Source: Candidatus Omnitrophota bacterium (lineage in GTDB: Bacteria > Omnitrophota > Gorgyraeia > Gygaellales > Profunditerraquicolaceae). From it: a stretch of DNA of 64,000 nt. Under the pieces are notes generated by a model. That model was not told where the DNA came from. It did no database searches and saw only the letters and a list, made by a program, of their open reading frames with translations. The translations under genes were made by a program, and so were the position numbers. The stretch is from assembly GCA_041662125.1 (NCBI GenBank), contig JBAZTA010000004.1, positions 64,343-128,342 of the forward strand. Reading direction: 5' to 3'. Shown piece after piece: positions 49,420 through 59,234 of the stretch. Within the stretch, counting starts at the first letter, position 1. The number at the start of each line of letters is the position of its first letter.

Positions 49420-51468
49420 ATGAAACTTACCTATAATTGGTTAAAAGAATTTGTTGATATTACGATCTCCCCGCAGGCGTTGGCTGATAAGCTGACCATG
49501 GCCGGTTTAGAGGTGACGTCTTTGGAAGCGCGGGACGGAGACACGGTCATTGAAATAGAGATTACCTCTAATCGCCCCGATTGGTTGAGTGTTGTCGGTA
49601 TCGCGCGGGAAGTGGCGGCGATTACGGGTAAAAAACTAAAATTGTCGCAAGACACAAGACACAAGACACAAGAGAAAAAGAAGCCGGCAGACAGCGGAGT
49701 GAACCGTTTTGACATTACGATTGAAGATAAAAAGGACTGCCCGCTGTATACCGCGCGGATCATTAGCGGGGTGAAGGTTGAGCCTTCTCCTGAGTGGTTA
49801 CGCAGCCGCCTGGAACTTATCGGCTGCCGCAGCGTCAATAATATCGTCGATATCACGAATTATATTTTATTTACCTGGGGAGAGCCGTTGCACGCGTTCG
49901 ACCTTGATACCCTGAACCGGGAATCTATTGTTGTCCGGCGCGCCAAGATGGGTGAAAAAATGCTGATGATCAACGGCCAGGAGAAACAGCTCGATCCGGG
50001 TATATTGGTGATCGCCGACCGGCAAAAGCCCGTCGCGGCAGCAGGGGTGATGGGCAGTAAAGAAACAGAAGTGTCCGAAAAGACTAAAAATATTCTTTTA
50101 GAAGCAGCTGTGTTCGATCCTGTTGTGGTCCGCCGCGGCCGCCAGGCTTTGGGGCTGCAGAGCGAGTCAGCCTATCGCTTTGAGCGGGGCGTTGACAGAG
50201 AGAATGCCGATCTTTCATCGCAAAAAGCGGTTGCCTTGATAGGGGAATTAGCCGGCGGTGAGTGTGTGCTGGCAAAACATGCGGGCGCTTTGAAAACCCC
50301 GGAAAAGCAGGTAGCATTGGAATTAGAAACCCTTAACCGTCTCCTGGGCGTTGTGATTGAGCCGGCAAAGATAAAGCGTATTTTAATATCCCTGGGATTT
50401 AAGGTCTCGGCTAAGTCGAAAGGTGTTTTGACCGCCGGCGTCCCGTCGTTCCGCCAGGATGTGTCCGTCGACAGGGACCTGGTTGAGGAGGCCGCGCGGA
50501 TCTTCGGGTATGAAAATATTCCGACGAGCCTGCCTGCTTTCATCGCGCAGGCGCAGTATACCAATTCATTGGATAATACTGATTTTATAAAGGATTGTTT
50601 AACGAGTTTAGGGCTTTTTGAGGCGGTGACATACAGCCTTGTTGATGAGGCTTTCCTGCGAAAATCCGGTATCAGCCCTATTGAACCGGTAGCGTTGCAA
50701 AATCCATTGAGTGAGGAGCAGGGAGTATTGCGTACGACGCTCATCCCGAGTTTGTTGCGTTGTGTCGCCGGAAACCTTAATCAAAATCAGGGGTTGGTCA
50801 ATATTTTTGAAGTGGCGCATGTTTTTTCTCGCGAAGGCGCGCAGGTCATAGAAAAGCCGGTTGTAAGTTTTGTTTTATGCGGGACAAGAAATTTTTGGCT
50901 TGCCCAAGGCCGCGTTAAAGATGAAATGGGGGTTTTACATGGTAAAGGGATCATAGAAACCATTTTTGCCCATGCCGGAATTCGCGAGTATGGTTTTCAG
51001 GCAACAGAAGGCGGTTCCACAATCGATGTCGTGATCGGGAAAGAGCCCGTCGGTAAAATATATATATTGCGTAAGAGCGCGTGTGAGCAATTCCAGATCA
51101 AAAACAGGGAAGTTTTCGCCGCAGAACTTTCTTTAGATAAGATTTTCGCAGCGGCTGATTTCAAAAAGAAATTCAAGCCCTTGCCTATGTATCCCGCGAT
51201 TTCCCGGGATTTAAGCTTTGTTATAAAAGCTGATGTTCCGGTAGCCGAGATTTTAAGCGCGATCAAAGAAAAGGCGGGGCCATTCCTGCGGGATGCTTCA
51301 ATCGTTGACTGTTATCAGGGTAAGCAAATTCCCGCCGGATTTAAAGGTTTGACTATTTCCTGCCTTTATCGTTGGGATGAAGGAACGCTGACTGAAACTC
51401 AAATAGCGCCTCTTCATACAGCTGCTTCGGAAGTTTTACGTGAACGTTTTTCCGCTGTGTTGAGGTGA
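49420..51468 (+). CDS. pheT: Phenylalanine--tRNA ligase beta subunit (short form, 682 aa).
   Basis: MKLTYNWLKEFVDI B1 start, B3/B4 and B5 domains, and a C-terminal FDX-ACB domain. It appears to lack the N-terminal OB tRNA-binding insertion. Confidence 0.92.
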   Translation: MKLTYNWLKEFVDITISPQALADKLTMAGLEVTSLEARDGDTVIEIEITSNRPDWLSVVGIAREVAAITGKKLKLSQDTRHKTQEKKKPADSGVNRFDITIEDKKDCPLYTARIISGVKVEPSPEWLRSRLELIGCRSVNNIVDITNYILFTWGEPLHAFDLDTLNRESIVVRRAKMGEKMLMINGQEKQLDPGILVIADRQKPVAAAGVMGSKETEVSEKTKNILLEAAVFDPVVVRRGRQALGLQSESAYRFERGVDRENADLSSQKAVALIGELAGGECVLAKHAGALKTPEKQVALELETLNRLLGVVIEPAKIKRILISLGFKVSAKSKGVLTAGVPSFRQDVSVDRDLVEEAARIFGYENIPTSLPAFIAQAQYTNSLDNTDFIKDCLTSLGLFEAVTYSLVDEAFLRKSGISPIEPVALQNPLSEEQGVLRTTLIPSLLRCVAGNLNQNQGLVNIFEVAHVFSREGAQVIEKPVVSFVLCGTRNFWLAQGRVKDEMGVLHGKGIIETIFAHAGIREYGFQATEGGSTIDVVIGKEPVGKIYILRKSACEQFQIKNREVFAAELSLDKIFAAADFKKKFKPLPMYPAISRDLSFVIKADVPVAEILSAIKEKAGPFLRDASIVDCYQGKQIPAGFKGLTISCLYRWDEGTLTETQIAPLHTAASEVLRERFSAVLR

Positions 51469-51473
51469 TTTTT

Positions 51474-51686
51474 CTTGACTATTTCCCTTCGGTGTGATAT
51501 ATTATTATCAGTAGAGGAAGTTAAAAAATATCCCTGCGGTGTACGTTGGATAATTTGATGATTGGTGAACCAACACCTTAATCAGGGGAGCTAAAACTCT
51601 CTTATCGCTTTGGCGTTTAAGAGGCGGTTCCCACCTGTAACCAAATCGGTTCACACCCATCATGTCTAACGGCACGGTGGGGTTTT
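51474..51686 (+). ncRNA. Candidate small RNA, defined by a promoter and an intrinsic terminator, between pheT and the next gene.
   Basis: TTGACT (51474-51479), 17-nt spacer, TATATT. About 160 nt later comes stem cccacc...ggtggg followed by T9 (51678-51686). No plausible ORF lies inside. Confidence 0.3.
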
Positions 51687-51869
51687 TTTTTGCGCCAGAA
51701 AGGCGCATACCCCACGCAATACCGATTAGCGTGGGGTATGCCGCCACACCAATGAGGCGGGGTGGGGGTGTAAGCAGGGCTAAATCACCTTGAAAACATA
51801 AAGGTTGCGGCAATATCTAAACCGTGATAAAATTTATACTTAAGAGCCAAGATATATAAGAGGTCACGC

Positions 51870-52520
51870 ATGATTGTTACACAGCAAAAAACAATACCAG
51901 AGATAAGTGATAGCCTCAAAGGCTGTAAAAAAATATTTCTCGTTGGCTGCGGCGAATGCGCCACTACCTGTAAAACCGGCGGTAAAAACGAGATTGAAGA
52001 GATGAAAAAGCAGTTGGAATCCCGCGGTTTTATCGTCGTCGGAAGCTGTGTCCCCGATGCCCCCTGCGTTGCCGCGCAAATAAAGACAGAATATGCCAAG
52101 CAGATGAAAGCTTTGCGGGAAGCAGAAGCGATTGTAGTCCTCTCCTGTGGTTTAGGCGTGCAATCCGCTAAAGATAATGACCGTCTGGGGTTGTTTGTGG
52201 TGCCTGCCTGTAATAGTTTATTTGGCGCAGTTGTTGACGCTCAGGGGAGTTTTATTGAAAAATGTTCTTTATGTGGCGCTTGTGTTTTACAGGATACGGC
52301 GGCAATTTGTCCGGTCACCTTATGCGCGAAAGGTTTATTGAACGGTCCCTGCGGAGGAGCGGATAAAGGCAAATGCGAAGCGGATAAAGATAAAGATTGC
52401 GCCTGGATCTTGATTTACCGCGAGCTTGAGAAAAAGAACCTCCTTGAAAGATTAAAGGTGATTCAACCTCCGAAAGATCATAAAAAAACAGCTAAACCGC
52501 GTAAAATAAGTGTCCAATAA
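51870..52520 (+). CDS. Methylene-tetrahydrofolate reductase C-terminal domain-like (MetV-like) Cys-rich protein.
   Basis: Cys clusters LVGCGECATTC, CSLCGAC and NGPCGG. 216 aa. The adjacent gene is a folate enzyme. Confidence 0.5.
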   Translation: MIVTQQKTIPEISDSLKGCKKIFLVGCGECATTCKTGGKNEIEEMKKQLESRGFIVVGSCVPDAPCVAAQIKTEYAKQMKALREAEAIVVLSCGLGVQSAKDNDRLGLFVVPACNSLFGAVVDAQGSFIEKCSLCGACVLQDTAAICPVTLCAKGLLNGPCGGADKGKCEADKDKDCAWILIYRELEKKNLLERLKVIQPPKDHKKTAKPRKISVQ

Positions 52521-52525
52521 AAAAC

Positions 52526-53107
52526 ATGAACGCACACATACAAGAGCCCGTAGTTCTTAAAGATGTAGCATTGACAAAACAGGTATTTCGTAATAAAATT
52601 TTAGTAAAGCTAAAAAGACAGAAGGAGGAAGACCGCGTTTTAAAGAGTCGGAAAATCAAAGAAAAGCTTTTTAGTGAAACAGTGTTCCATAAGGCAAAGA
52701 TAGTAATGTTTTATATATCGGTGGTTGGCGAGGTGGATACAACGGAAATGATAAAAGAAGCGCAAATCTTAGGTAAGATGGTCCTGGTACCTGTTTGTTG
52801 GAATAGAACTATAGTAGCCTGTTTGTTGGATAATAAGGCAAAACTTCAGAAAGGCCCGTACGGTATATGGGAACCGGCGGTTAAGAAGCCTATTCCTGGA
52901 GAAAGTTTGGGCCTTGTCATTGTGCCGGGGCTGGCCTTTAATAAAAAAGGCAATCGATTAGGCCGCGGCAAAGGCTATTATGACCGCTTCTTGAGCAGCA
53001 TTCCTCCGAAAGTAACCTCTATCGGCTTGGCATTTGACTTTCAGATACTGCCGAGTATCCCTTCTACTCCCACTGACGTAAGCGTTGACAAAGTTATATT
53101 TGCCTAA
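52526..53107 (+). CDS. 5-formyltetrahydrofolate cyclo-ligase.
   Basis: GLAFNKKGNRLGRGKGYYDRFL is the 5-FCL signature. 193 aa. Confidence 0.8.
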   Translation: MNAHIQEPVVLKDVALTKQVFRNKILVKLKRQKEEDRVLKSRKIKEKLFSETVFHKAKIVMFYISVVGEVDTTEMIKEAQILGKMVLVPVCWNRTIVACLLDNKAKLQKGPYGIWEPAVKKPIPGESLGLVIVPGLAFNKKGNRLGRGKGYYDRFLSSIPPKVTSIGLAFDFQILPSIPSTPTDVSVDKVIFA

Positions 53108-53298
53108 AATCAACGGACGTACTTGGGTAAACGAGCAAGCAGAAACAACACTTGCAATCTCAACAGTAAACCAAAGATACAACGGCAATGCCATGGCATT
53201 AAAGCGTCAGATCACCTTGAAAATGGCATCAGTTGTGAGCTATTTCGTGTTAAAGGTGTTAGTTTTAACACGATAGTTTGAAGGAGGTTGATTAATCG

Positions 53299-54855
53299 AT
53301 GTTGATGAATATAATTATTTTTATTGTTATTGCCTCAGGCGCGGCATTTTTGGGCTATTTTCTGAGGCGTTATGTTGCTGAAAAAAAGATCCAGGACGCC
53401 GAGACTACGGCAAAACATATCCTGGAACAGGCTAAGAAAGAAGTAGAAGACCGGCGCCGCGGCGCGGAGTTGGAAGCAAAGGATCTCTTGTATCGGATGA
53501 GGCAGGACTTTGAGAAAGAGACTAAAGATCGGCGTCAGGAAATATTTAATTTAGAGAAACGGCTTACCCAGAAAGAGGAAAATATTGACCGCAGGCTTGA
53601 CCTGTTGGAAAAGAAAGAAAGAGAAATAGAACAACGCCAGGATGGCGTTAAGCGCCAGGAAGAAGGGGTGAAAGCAAAAGATACCCAGCTGCATATGCTC
53701 ATCGCGGAAGAAAAAGAAAGGCTGCAAAAAATATCTTCGCTTTCCGTTGAAGAGGCGCGGCAGATCTTGCTGAGCCGGTTAAACGATGAATTAAACGCTG
53801 AGAAAGCGATTTTGATAAAACGGCAGGAAGAAGAGCTGCGCAGTGTCGCCGACAAAAAAGCTAAGGAGATTATAAGCCTTTCCATCCAGCGTTGCGCCGC
53901 AGACCACGCGGTTGAGTCAACGGTAAGCGTGGTGACACTTCCCAGCGACGAAATGAAAGGCAGGGTCATCGGGCGTGAAGGGCGTAATATCCGCGCCTTT
54001 GAAATGGCAACAGGCGTTGATGTTATTATTGATGATACCCCTGAAGCGGTAACCTTGTCCTGTTTTGACACAGTGCGCAGGGAAATCGCGCGTTTGAGCC
54101 TGGAAAAATTGATCAATGACGGCAGGATCCATCCGGGGAGGATTGAAGAAGTCGTTGAGAAAACAAAACAGGAGATGGATGAGAAGATCCGGGAGGAAGG
54201 TGAGCGCGCCGCTTTTGATGCAGGAGTTGACGGGTTGCATGTCGAAATAATCAAGTTGTTAGGGCGCCTGAAGTACCGGACCAGTTTCGGTCAGAATGCC
54301 CTGCAGCATTCCAAAGAAGTTTCTTTTCTTATCGGAGTCATGGCTTCGGAATTAGGGTTGGATTTTAAACTGGCAAAACGTATTGGTTTACTGCATGATA
54401 TCGGTAAGGCCGTTGATCATCAGGTCGAAGGTACGCACGCCAAGCTCGGGGCTGACTTAGCTAAGAAATTTAATGAGTCTCTCGAAGTCGTCCATGCGAT
54501 TGAAGCGCACCACGAAGAAGCAGAGGCGAAAAGTTTTTACGCTGTTTTGGCTGTAGCGGCTGATGCTATTAGCGCCGCCCGTCCTGGTGCCCGCAGGGAA
54601 ACACTTGAAACATACATTAAACGGCTGGATAAGCTTGAGTCTATCGCGAATGTTTTTAAGGGTGTCGAAAAATCATTCGCTATTCAGGCCGGGCGTGAGA
54701 TCAGGGTTGTTGTGCAGCCGGAGAAGATCTCGGATAATGACGCGGTCAATCTTGCCAGAGAGATCCGGAAAAAGATCGAAGAAGGCATGGAATATCCCGG
54801 GCAGATTAAAGTAACCGTGATCCGTGAAACCAGGGCGATTGAGTACGCGAAATAA
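53299..54855 (+). CDS. rny: Ribonuclease Y.
   Basis: N-terminal TM, coiled coil, KH domain ([11 protein letters not shown]) and HD domain (LLHDIGKA...H). 518 aa. Confidence 0.92.
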   Translation: MLMNIIIFIVIASGAAFLGYFLRRYVAEKKIQDAETTAKHILEQAKKEVEDRRRGAELEAKDLLYRMRQDFEKETKDRRQEIFNLEKRLTQKEENIDRRLDLLEKKEREIEQRQDGVKRQEEGVKAKDTQLHMLIAEEKERLQKISSLSVEEARQILLSRLNDELNAEKAILIKRQEEELRSVADKKAKEIISLSIQRCAADHAVESTVSVVTLPSDEMKGRVIGREGRNIRAFEMATGVDVIIDDTPEAVTLSCFDTVRREIARLSLEKLINDGRIHPGRIEEVVEKTKQEMDEKIREEGERAAFDAGVDGLHVEIIKLLGRLKYRTSFGQNALQHSKEVSFLIGVMASELGLDFKLAKRIGLLHDIGKAVDHQVEGTHAKLGADLAKKFNESLEVVHAIEAHHEEAEAKSFYAVLAVAADAISAARPGARRETLETYIKRLDKLESIANVFKGVEKSFAIQAGREIRVVVQPEKISDNDAVNLAREIRKKIEEGMEYPGQIKVTVIRETRAIEYAK

Positions 54856-54858
54856 TAT

Positions 54859-55644
54859 ATGAATATACTTTTTATCGGCGATATCGTCGGCAGCCCCGGC
54901 AGGGAGGCGATCAAACAGCTGGTGCCCGGGCTCAAGAAAAAATACGCGCTTGATTTTGTGATCGCAAACGCTGAAAATGCTGCCGGCGGCTCAGGTGTAA
55001 ACGCGCGGGTTGCGAGTGAGCTTTTTGATGCCGGCGTTGATGTTCTGACAACCGGCGACCATATTTGGAAAAAGAAAGAAATTTTTGAGATCATCAAAGA
55101 AGAAAACCGTATTGTGCGCCCGCTTAATTTTCCTATTGGTGCTCCCGGTTCGGGCTTTAGAATTTATACCTTGAAAAATGGAGCAAAGCTTGGTGTTATC
55201 AATGTTTTGGGCAGGGTTTTTATGGAACCGTTGGAATGCCCTTTTCGTACGAGCAGGGAAGCGGTAGAAGAAATATCTAAAACAACGCGTAATATCATTG
55301 TTGATATCCACGCTGAGGCAACCTCAGAAAAAATAGCGCTCGGTTGGTATCTCGACGGTAAGGTTTCAGCGGTCCTGGGGACCCATACCCATATTCAGAC
55401 CGCGGATGAGAAGATCCTGCCTCAGGGAACCGCCTACCTGACGGATGCGGGCATGACGGGGCCGTATGATTCAGTTATCGGCAGACGGGTAGAAAATGTT
55501 TTGGAAAGGTTTCTGACTTCGGTGCCGGTACGTTTTGAAGTGGCTGAAGGCAATATTCAACTTCACGGCGCGGTAATGGCAATCGATGAAAATACCGGTA
55601 AGGCGCAATCGATTGTTAGAATACAAAAAAAGCTACATGAATAA
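54859..55644 (+). CDS. ymdB: YmdB-type metallophosphoesterase (TIGR00282).
   Basis: MNILFIGDIVG...VIANAENAAGGSGV. 261 aa. The rny-ymdB pair is conserved. Confidence 0.9.
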   Translation: MNILFIGDIVGSPGREAIKQLVPGLKKKYALDFVIANAENAAGGSGVNARVASELFDAGVDVLTTGDHIWKKKEIFEIIKEENRIVRPLNFPIGAPGSGFRIYTLKNGAKLGVINVLGRVFMEPLECPFRTSREAVEEISKTTRNIIVDIHAEATSEKIALGWYLDGKVSAVLGTHTHIQTADEKILPQGTAYLTDAGMTGPYDSVIGRRVENVLERFLTSVPVRFEVAEGNIQLHGAVMAIDENTGKAQSIVRIQKKLHE

Positions 55645-57604
55645 CCTCAACGTATTTTCCCGCAATCAATCTCCAGTGGCGATAGTTTTGTGCGTTTTGT
55701 GTTTGAGCGCATGGTTTTCTTCGATGATTCCAGCACCTGTTGTTTTAGCGCAAGACCAGGATCTTGAGTTTAGTATTGATGTTGCTTCAAATGTCAGCGT
55801 CCTGCCTCCTCTTTTTAATCCGAGCATCGACCTGAGCGGCCGCGGGTATCATAATGATCTTTCCTGGCCGCAAGAGCTTGCGGCAAAGAATGTTTTGGAA
55901 TCCTGGTCGACCGATGTCGGTTTTAAGGGGATGTACCGGCTGCAATATAACTTGTGGCAGATCAGCCAGCTTGCCAAAGATAAAGAGGCGCAGGATAAGT
56001 TGATCGCGAATTACGATTGGATCATTAAGAAGATCAGCGATGCCGGCGGGATTGTGATCCTTGACCTCTTCGGTATGCCGCCGGGTTTAGGGAAGGTCCT
56101 CGATAAAAAAAGCGCGCCCTGGAACGTGAATGCTTTTAAAAAGCTCATCAAGGGGAAGATCAGGGACCTGAGCTGTAATAAAAAATATAATGTTTGGTAT
56201 GAGGTCTGGAGCGCTCCTGACCTGGGCGATTTTTTCTTAGGCAGAAAACAGGAGTATTTAAACCTCTACAAAGCAGTCGCGGAAGCCGTGCGGGAACTAG
56301 AAGATGAAACCAAGGTTTCTATCCCTCTGGGGGGCCCCAGCTCGAGCTGGTGGTTTCAGAATTTCGACGGTAACGCTATTGTCAACCCCGAGAATAGCCT
56401 TATCTATGAATTGATCAAATTTTGTTTCCGTTACAAATTGCCGCTTGATTTTATTACCTGGCATGCGTATTCGACTGACCCTTCGGTAGAGAGGGAGATA
56501 ACCTCATATAATAAAACGCCTTCTGCCCTGGTGCGGGACTGGCTTTCTTATTTTAAGCTGAATAAAGATATCCCCCTTATCGTCGATGAATGGAATTTTG
56601 ACAGCGGTGATAATGTCCTTTCCGAACGAAAAGAAAATTCGTTCGTCTGCGCCAGTTATATCCCCAGCAGGATCAAGAATATGTATAAAGCCGGCCTTGA
56701 TTACCAGTTATTCTTTTCGCTGGAAGATTTTCAGGACAACCAGGAAGGGGTAAAGCGTAATGTCGGGATTTTCTGGTTTGAACAGGACGCTTCAAAGTAC
56801 CAGGGCGGCCATAAATCGATTTATAATATGTTCCGCATGCTTTCGCGCCTGGGTAATACTTTGGTCGTGTCGACGTCAAAATCTAACGACGAATTTATCG
56901 ACTTGATCGCCACAAAAAAAGAAGAAGAAGTTATTATCCTGATCTATAATTATATTGATCCGGATATTTTTACCAATTACCTGACGAGAAATATCGCCAG
57001 TTTAAATAAGGCGGAGCGGGCTATTATGGTCAATCTCCTTAATCAGGACCAGCTCAAGAAGATCATGCGCAAGGAATTGGATTTTTCCCGCATACGCGCT
57101 TACAATAATTATAATAAAGTCAAAAACATACTTAAACGCGCTCAAGAGTTAAATGACCGCGCCACAAAATTCAAGTTTTACGCGCGCAAGATCGATGTCA
57201 CGATTAAAAATCTTAACCGTTTGAAGGCCTCCGGGGATGTTCCTCGCCAGGACCAATCCTCTGCCGTGGCGGAAAAGGAAAAATATATATACCAACGTTA
57301 TATCATTGATTCTTCCTGTAGTATGAATTGTAATTTTGTCCCCATAGAAGAAAAAGAAATCACGGTTAACGGCAATTATCTGGAGTCGTTTATCATTAAT
57401 CCTTATTCGGTTAATATGATTATTTTAAAGAAAAAACCCAAAGAACCTGAGCCGCCTGCCGCAGTTGTCCAAGAGCAAAAAACAGCGGAAACTCCCGCAG
57501 TCCCGGAAGAATTAAGCGGGGAAAAATCTGCCGCTCCTGTTGCGCAAGAGGCTTCGGAAAACAAAAACGAGATTGATCAGGGGGAGGATAGTGAAAGAAA
57601 ATAG
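55637..57604 (+). CDS. Hypothetical secreted protein, possibly a TIM-barrel glycoside-hydrolase-like fold, with a low-complexity acidic/Pro C-terminus.
   Basis: Signal peptide MNNLNVFSRNQSPVAIVLCVLCLSAWFSSMIPAPVVLA. Motifs YEVWSAPD and IVDEWNF loosely resemble GH clan-A acid/base and nucleophile regions. The start is probably the internal Met at 55637. Confidence 0.4.
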   Translation: MNNLNVFSRNQSPVAIVLCVLCLSAWFSSMIPAPVVLAQDQDLEFSIDVASNVSVLPPLFNPSIDLSGRGYHNDLSWPQELAAKNVLESWSTDVGFKGMYRLQYNLWQISQLAKDKEAQDKLIANYDWIIKKISDAGGIVILDLFGMPPGLGKVLDKKSAPWNVNAFKKLIKGKIRDLSCNKKYNVWYEVWSAPDLGDFFLGRKQEYLNLYKAVAEAVRELEDETKVSIPLGGPSSSWWFQNFDGNAIVNPENSLIYELIKFCFRYKLPLDFITWHAYSTDPSVEREITSYNKTPSALVRDWLSYFKLNKDIPLIVDEWNFDSGDNVLSERKENSFVCASYIPSRIKNMYKAGLDYQLFFSLEDFQDNQEGVKRNVGIFWFEQDASKYQGGHKSIYNMFRMLSRLGNTLVVSTSKSNDEFIDLIATKKEEEVIILIYNYIDPDIFTNYLTRNIASLNKAERAIMVNLLNQDQLKKIMRKELDFSRIRAYNNYNKVKNILKRAQELNDRATKFKFYARKIDVTIKNLNRLKASGDVPRQDQSSAVAEKEKYIYQRYIIDSSCSMNCNFVPIEEKEITVNGNYLESFIINPYSVNMIILKKKPKEPEPPAAVVQEQKTAETPAVPEELSGEKSAAPVAQEASENKNEIDQGEDSERK

Positions 57605-58919
57605 AGGTATAGGACAGGACCTTTTTTCTCAACCCGATGAAAAATCACCCCGGCATATTCTCTCGGTGTCTGAAATTACCCAGGGTATAAAGTTTACCCT
57701 GGAAAGTACCTTTAGCGAAGTCTGGGTGGAAGGGGAGATCTCCGGCGTATCGAAGATTTCCACCGGAACGGTCTTTTTTTCTTTAAAAGACGATAAAAGT
57801 ATTTTAAAATGCGTGATATTCTATTCTTTTTCCCGCGCGCTCAAAGCTGAGATTAAGGATGGGATGAAGGTGATTTGTTTTGGGCGCGTGAGCGTTTATG
57901 AGAAAGACGGGAAATATCAGCTTTATGTTGAAAAGATCGAGCCCAAAGGGATCGGGAGCCTGCAATTAGCGCTGGAACAGTTGAAGGAAAAACTGGAAAA
58001 AGAAGGATTATTTGCCCTTGAGCATAAAAAACCTATTCCCTATCTTCCGGCGCGTATCGGGGTCGTAACCTCTGCGACGGGTGCGGCGATCCGTGATATG
58101 TTGAAGGTCCTCGATGAGCGTTTTAGGGATGTGCACATCATTATTAATCCTGTGCGCGTTCAGGGGGAGGGGGCAAAAGAAGAGATAGCTTCAGCAATTA
58201 CTGAGTTTAATACCTGGGGCAATATTGATGTGATGATCGTCGGGCGCGGAGGGGGTAGTATCGAAGACTTATGGGCCTTTAATGAAGAGATTGTTGCCAG
58301 GGCAATATACCAGTCAGCGATCCCGGTGATTTCCGCGGTCGGCCATGAGCGCGATTGGACGATCGCTGACCTTGTCGCCGATAAGCGCGCGGCAACCCCT
58401 TCGGTCGCCGCAGAAATGGTTATCCCTAAGAAAGAAGATTTGCAGGAGCAATTGGAAGGTTTAGTAAAACAGCTCAAGAGGTCGCTATCGGATATTTCTC
58501 TTGGCTTTCAGGAAGACTTGGACAGCCTGGCGCACCGTTTGCGGCTGGCAAGCGATCACGCGTTGGAATTAAACGCTCAACATCTGGAATCAACGATAAA
58601 AAAACTTGCCTTGCTTAATCCGGTTATCCTGATCCCTCAATACAAAACAAAAGTGCTTGATTTAGCAAAGCAGATGTCTGTTGGCATGAAGCATCTGTTT
58701 GCGTTGAAAGAATCAGGTTTTACCAAGGCAATAGAAAAATTAGCGAACTTGAATCCTTTGAATATCCTCTCGCGCGGCTATAGCGTCACCTTTAAGCTTC
58801 CCGAATTAAGCGTTGTGAAAGACGCCTTTGCGCTTAAGAAGCACGATGCCATTAAAACGCGGTTCCAGCGGGGAACCGTGATAAGCAGGGTTGAAGAGGT
58901 TGAGAGGGATGGGGCATAA
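57591..58919 (+). CDS. xseA: Exodeoxyribonuclease VII large subunit.
   Basis: The OB-fold region EVWVEGEISGVSKISTGTVFFSLKDD aligns to the E. coli XseA N-terminus. The likely start is the GTG at 57591, after the RBS ggggagga. Confidence 0.88.
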   Translation: MKENRGIGQDLFSQPDEKSPRHILSVSEITQGIKFTLESTFSEVWVEGEISGVSKISTGTVFFSLKDDKSILKCVIFYSFSRALKAEIKDGMKVICFGRVSVYEKDGKYQLYVEKIEPKGIGSLQLALEQLKEKLEKEGLFALEHKKPIPYLPARIGVVTSATGAAIRDMLKVLDERFRDVHIIINPVRVQGEGAKEEIASAITEFNTWGNIDVMIVGRGGGSIEDLWAFNEEIVARAIYQSAIPVISAVGHERDWTIADLVADKRAATPSVAAEMVIPKKEDLQEQLEGLVKQLKRSLSDISLGFQEDLDSLAHRLRLASDHALELNAQHLESTIKKLALLNPVILIPQYKTKVLDLAKQMSVGMKHLFALKESGFTKAIEKLANLNPLNILSRGYSVTFKLPELSVVKDAFALKKHDAIKTRFQRGTVISRVEEVERDGA

Positions 58920-58973
58920 GCGCCAGAGGCATGGCTCATTCAAAGTCAAAAGTAAGGAATATAGGGGGGAAGA

Positions 58974-59234
58974 ATGTCGGAGACAAAGTTTGAAGACGCG
59001 TTAAAGAAACTGGAAAAAATAGTCGAAGACCTGGAAAAAGGCGATTTGTCGCTTGATGAAGCATTAAAAAAATATCAGGACGGCATTGAGCTGTCGCGCC
59101 TGTGTTCAACGCGCCTGGAAACAGCGAAGAAAAAGATCGATATGCTGGTAAAGAATAAAAAAGGCGAATTCGAATTAAAGGCGTTTGACGAGACAGAGAT
59201 GGAAGAAGACAATGATAAAAAAAGAGATACCTAA
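58974..59234 (+). CDS. xseB: Exodeoxyribonuclease VII small subunit.
   Basis: FEDALKKLEKIVEDLEKGDLSLDEALKKYQDGIEL. 86 aa. Confidence 0.85.
   Translation: MSETKFEDALKKLEKIVEDLEKGDLSLDEALKKYQDGIELSRLCSTRLETAKKKIDMLVKNKKGEFELKAFDETEMEEDNDKKRDT

Noticed and set aside
51660-51800. Possible ORF starting ATGTCTAACGGCACGGTGGGG through the terminator and hairpin region.
   Set aside because: It runs through a T9 tract and a stack of GC hairpins, has no RBS and gives a low-complexity translation.
53535-54254. 239-aa minus-strand ORF antisense to rny.
   Set aside because: Ser-rich low-complexity translation fully inside the well-supported RNase Y gene.
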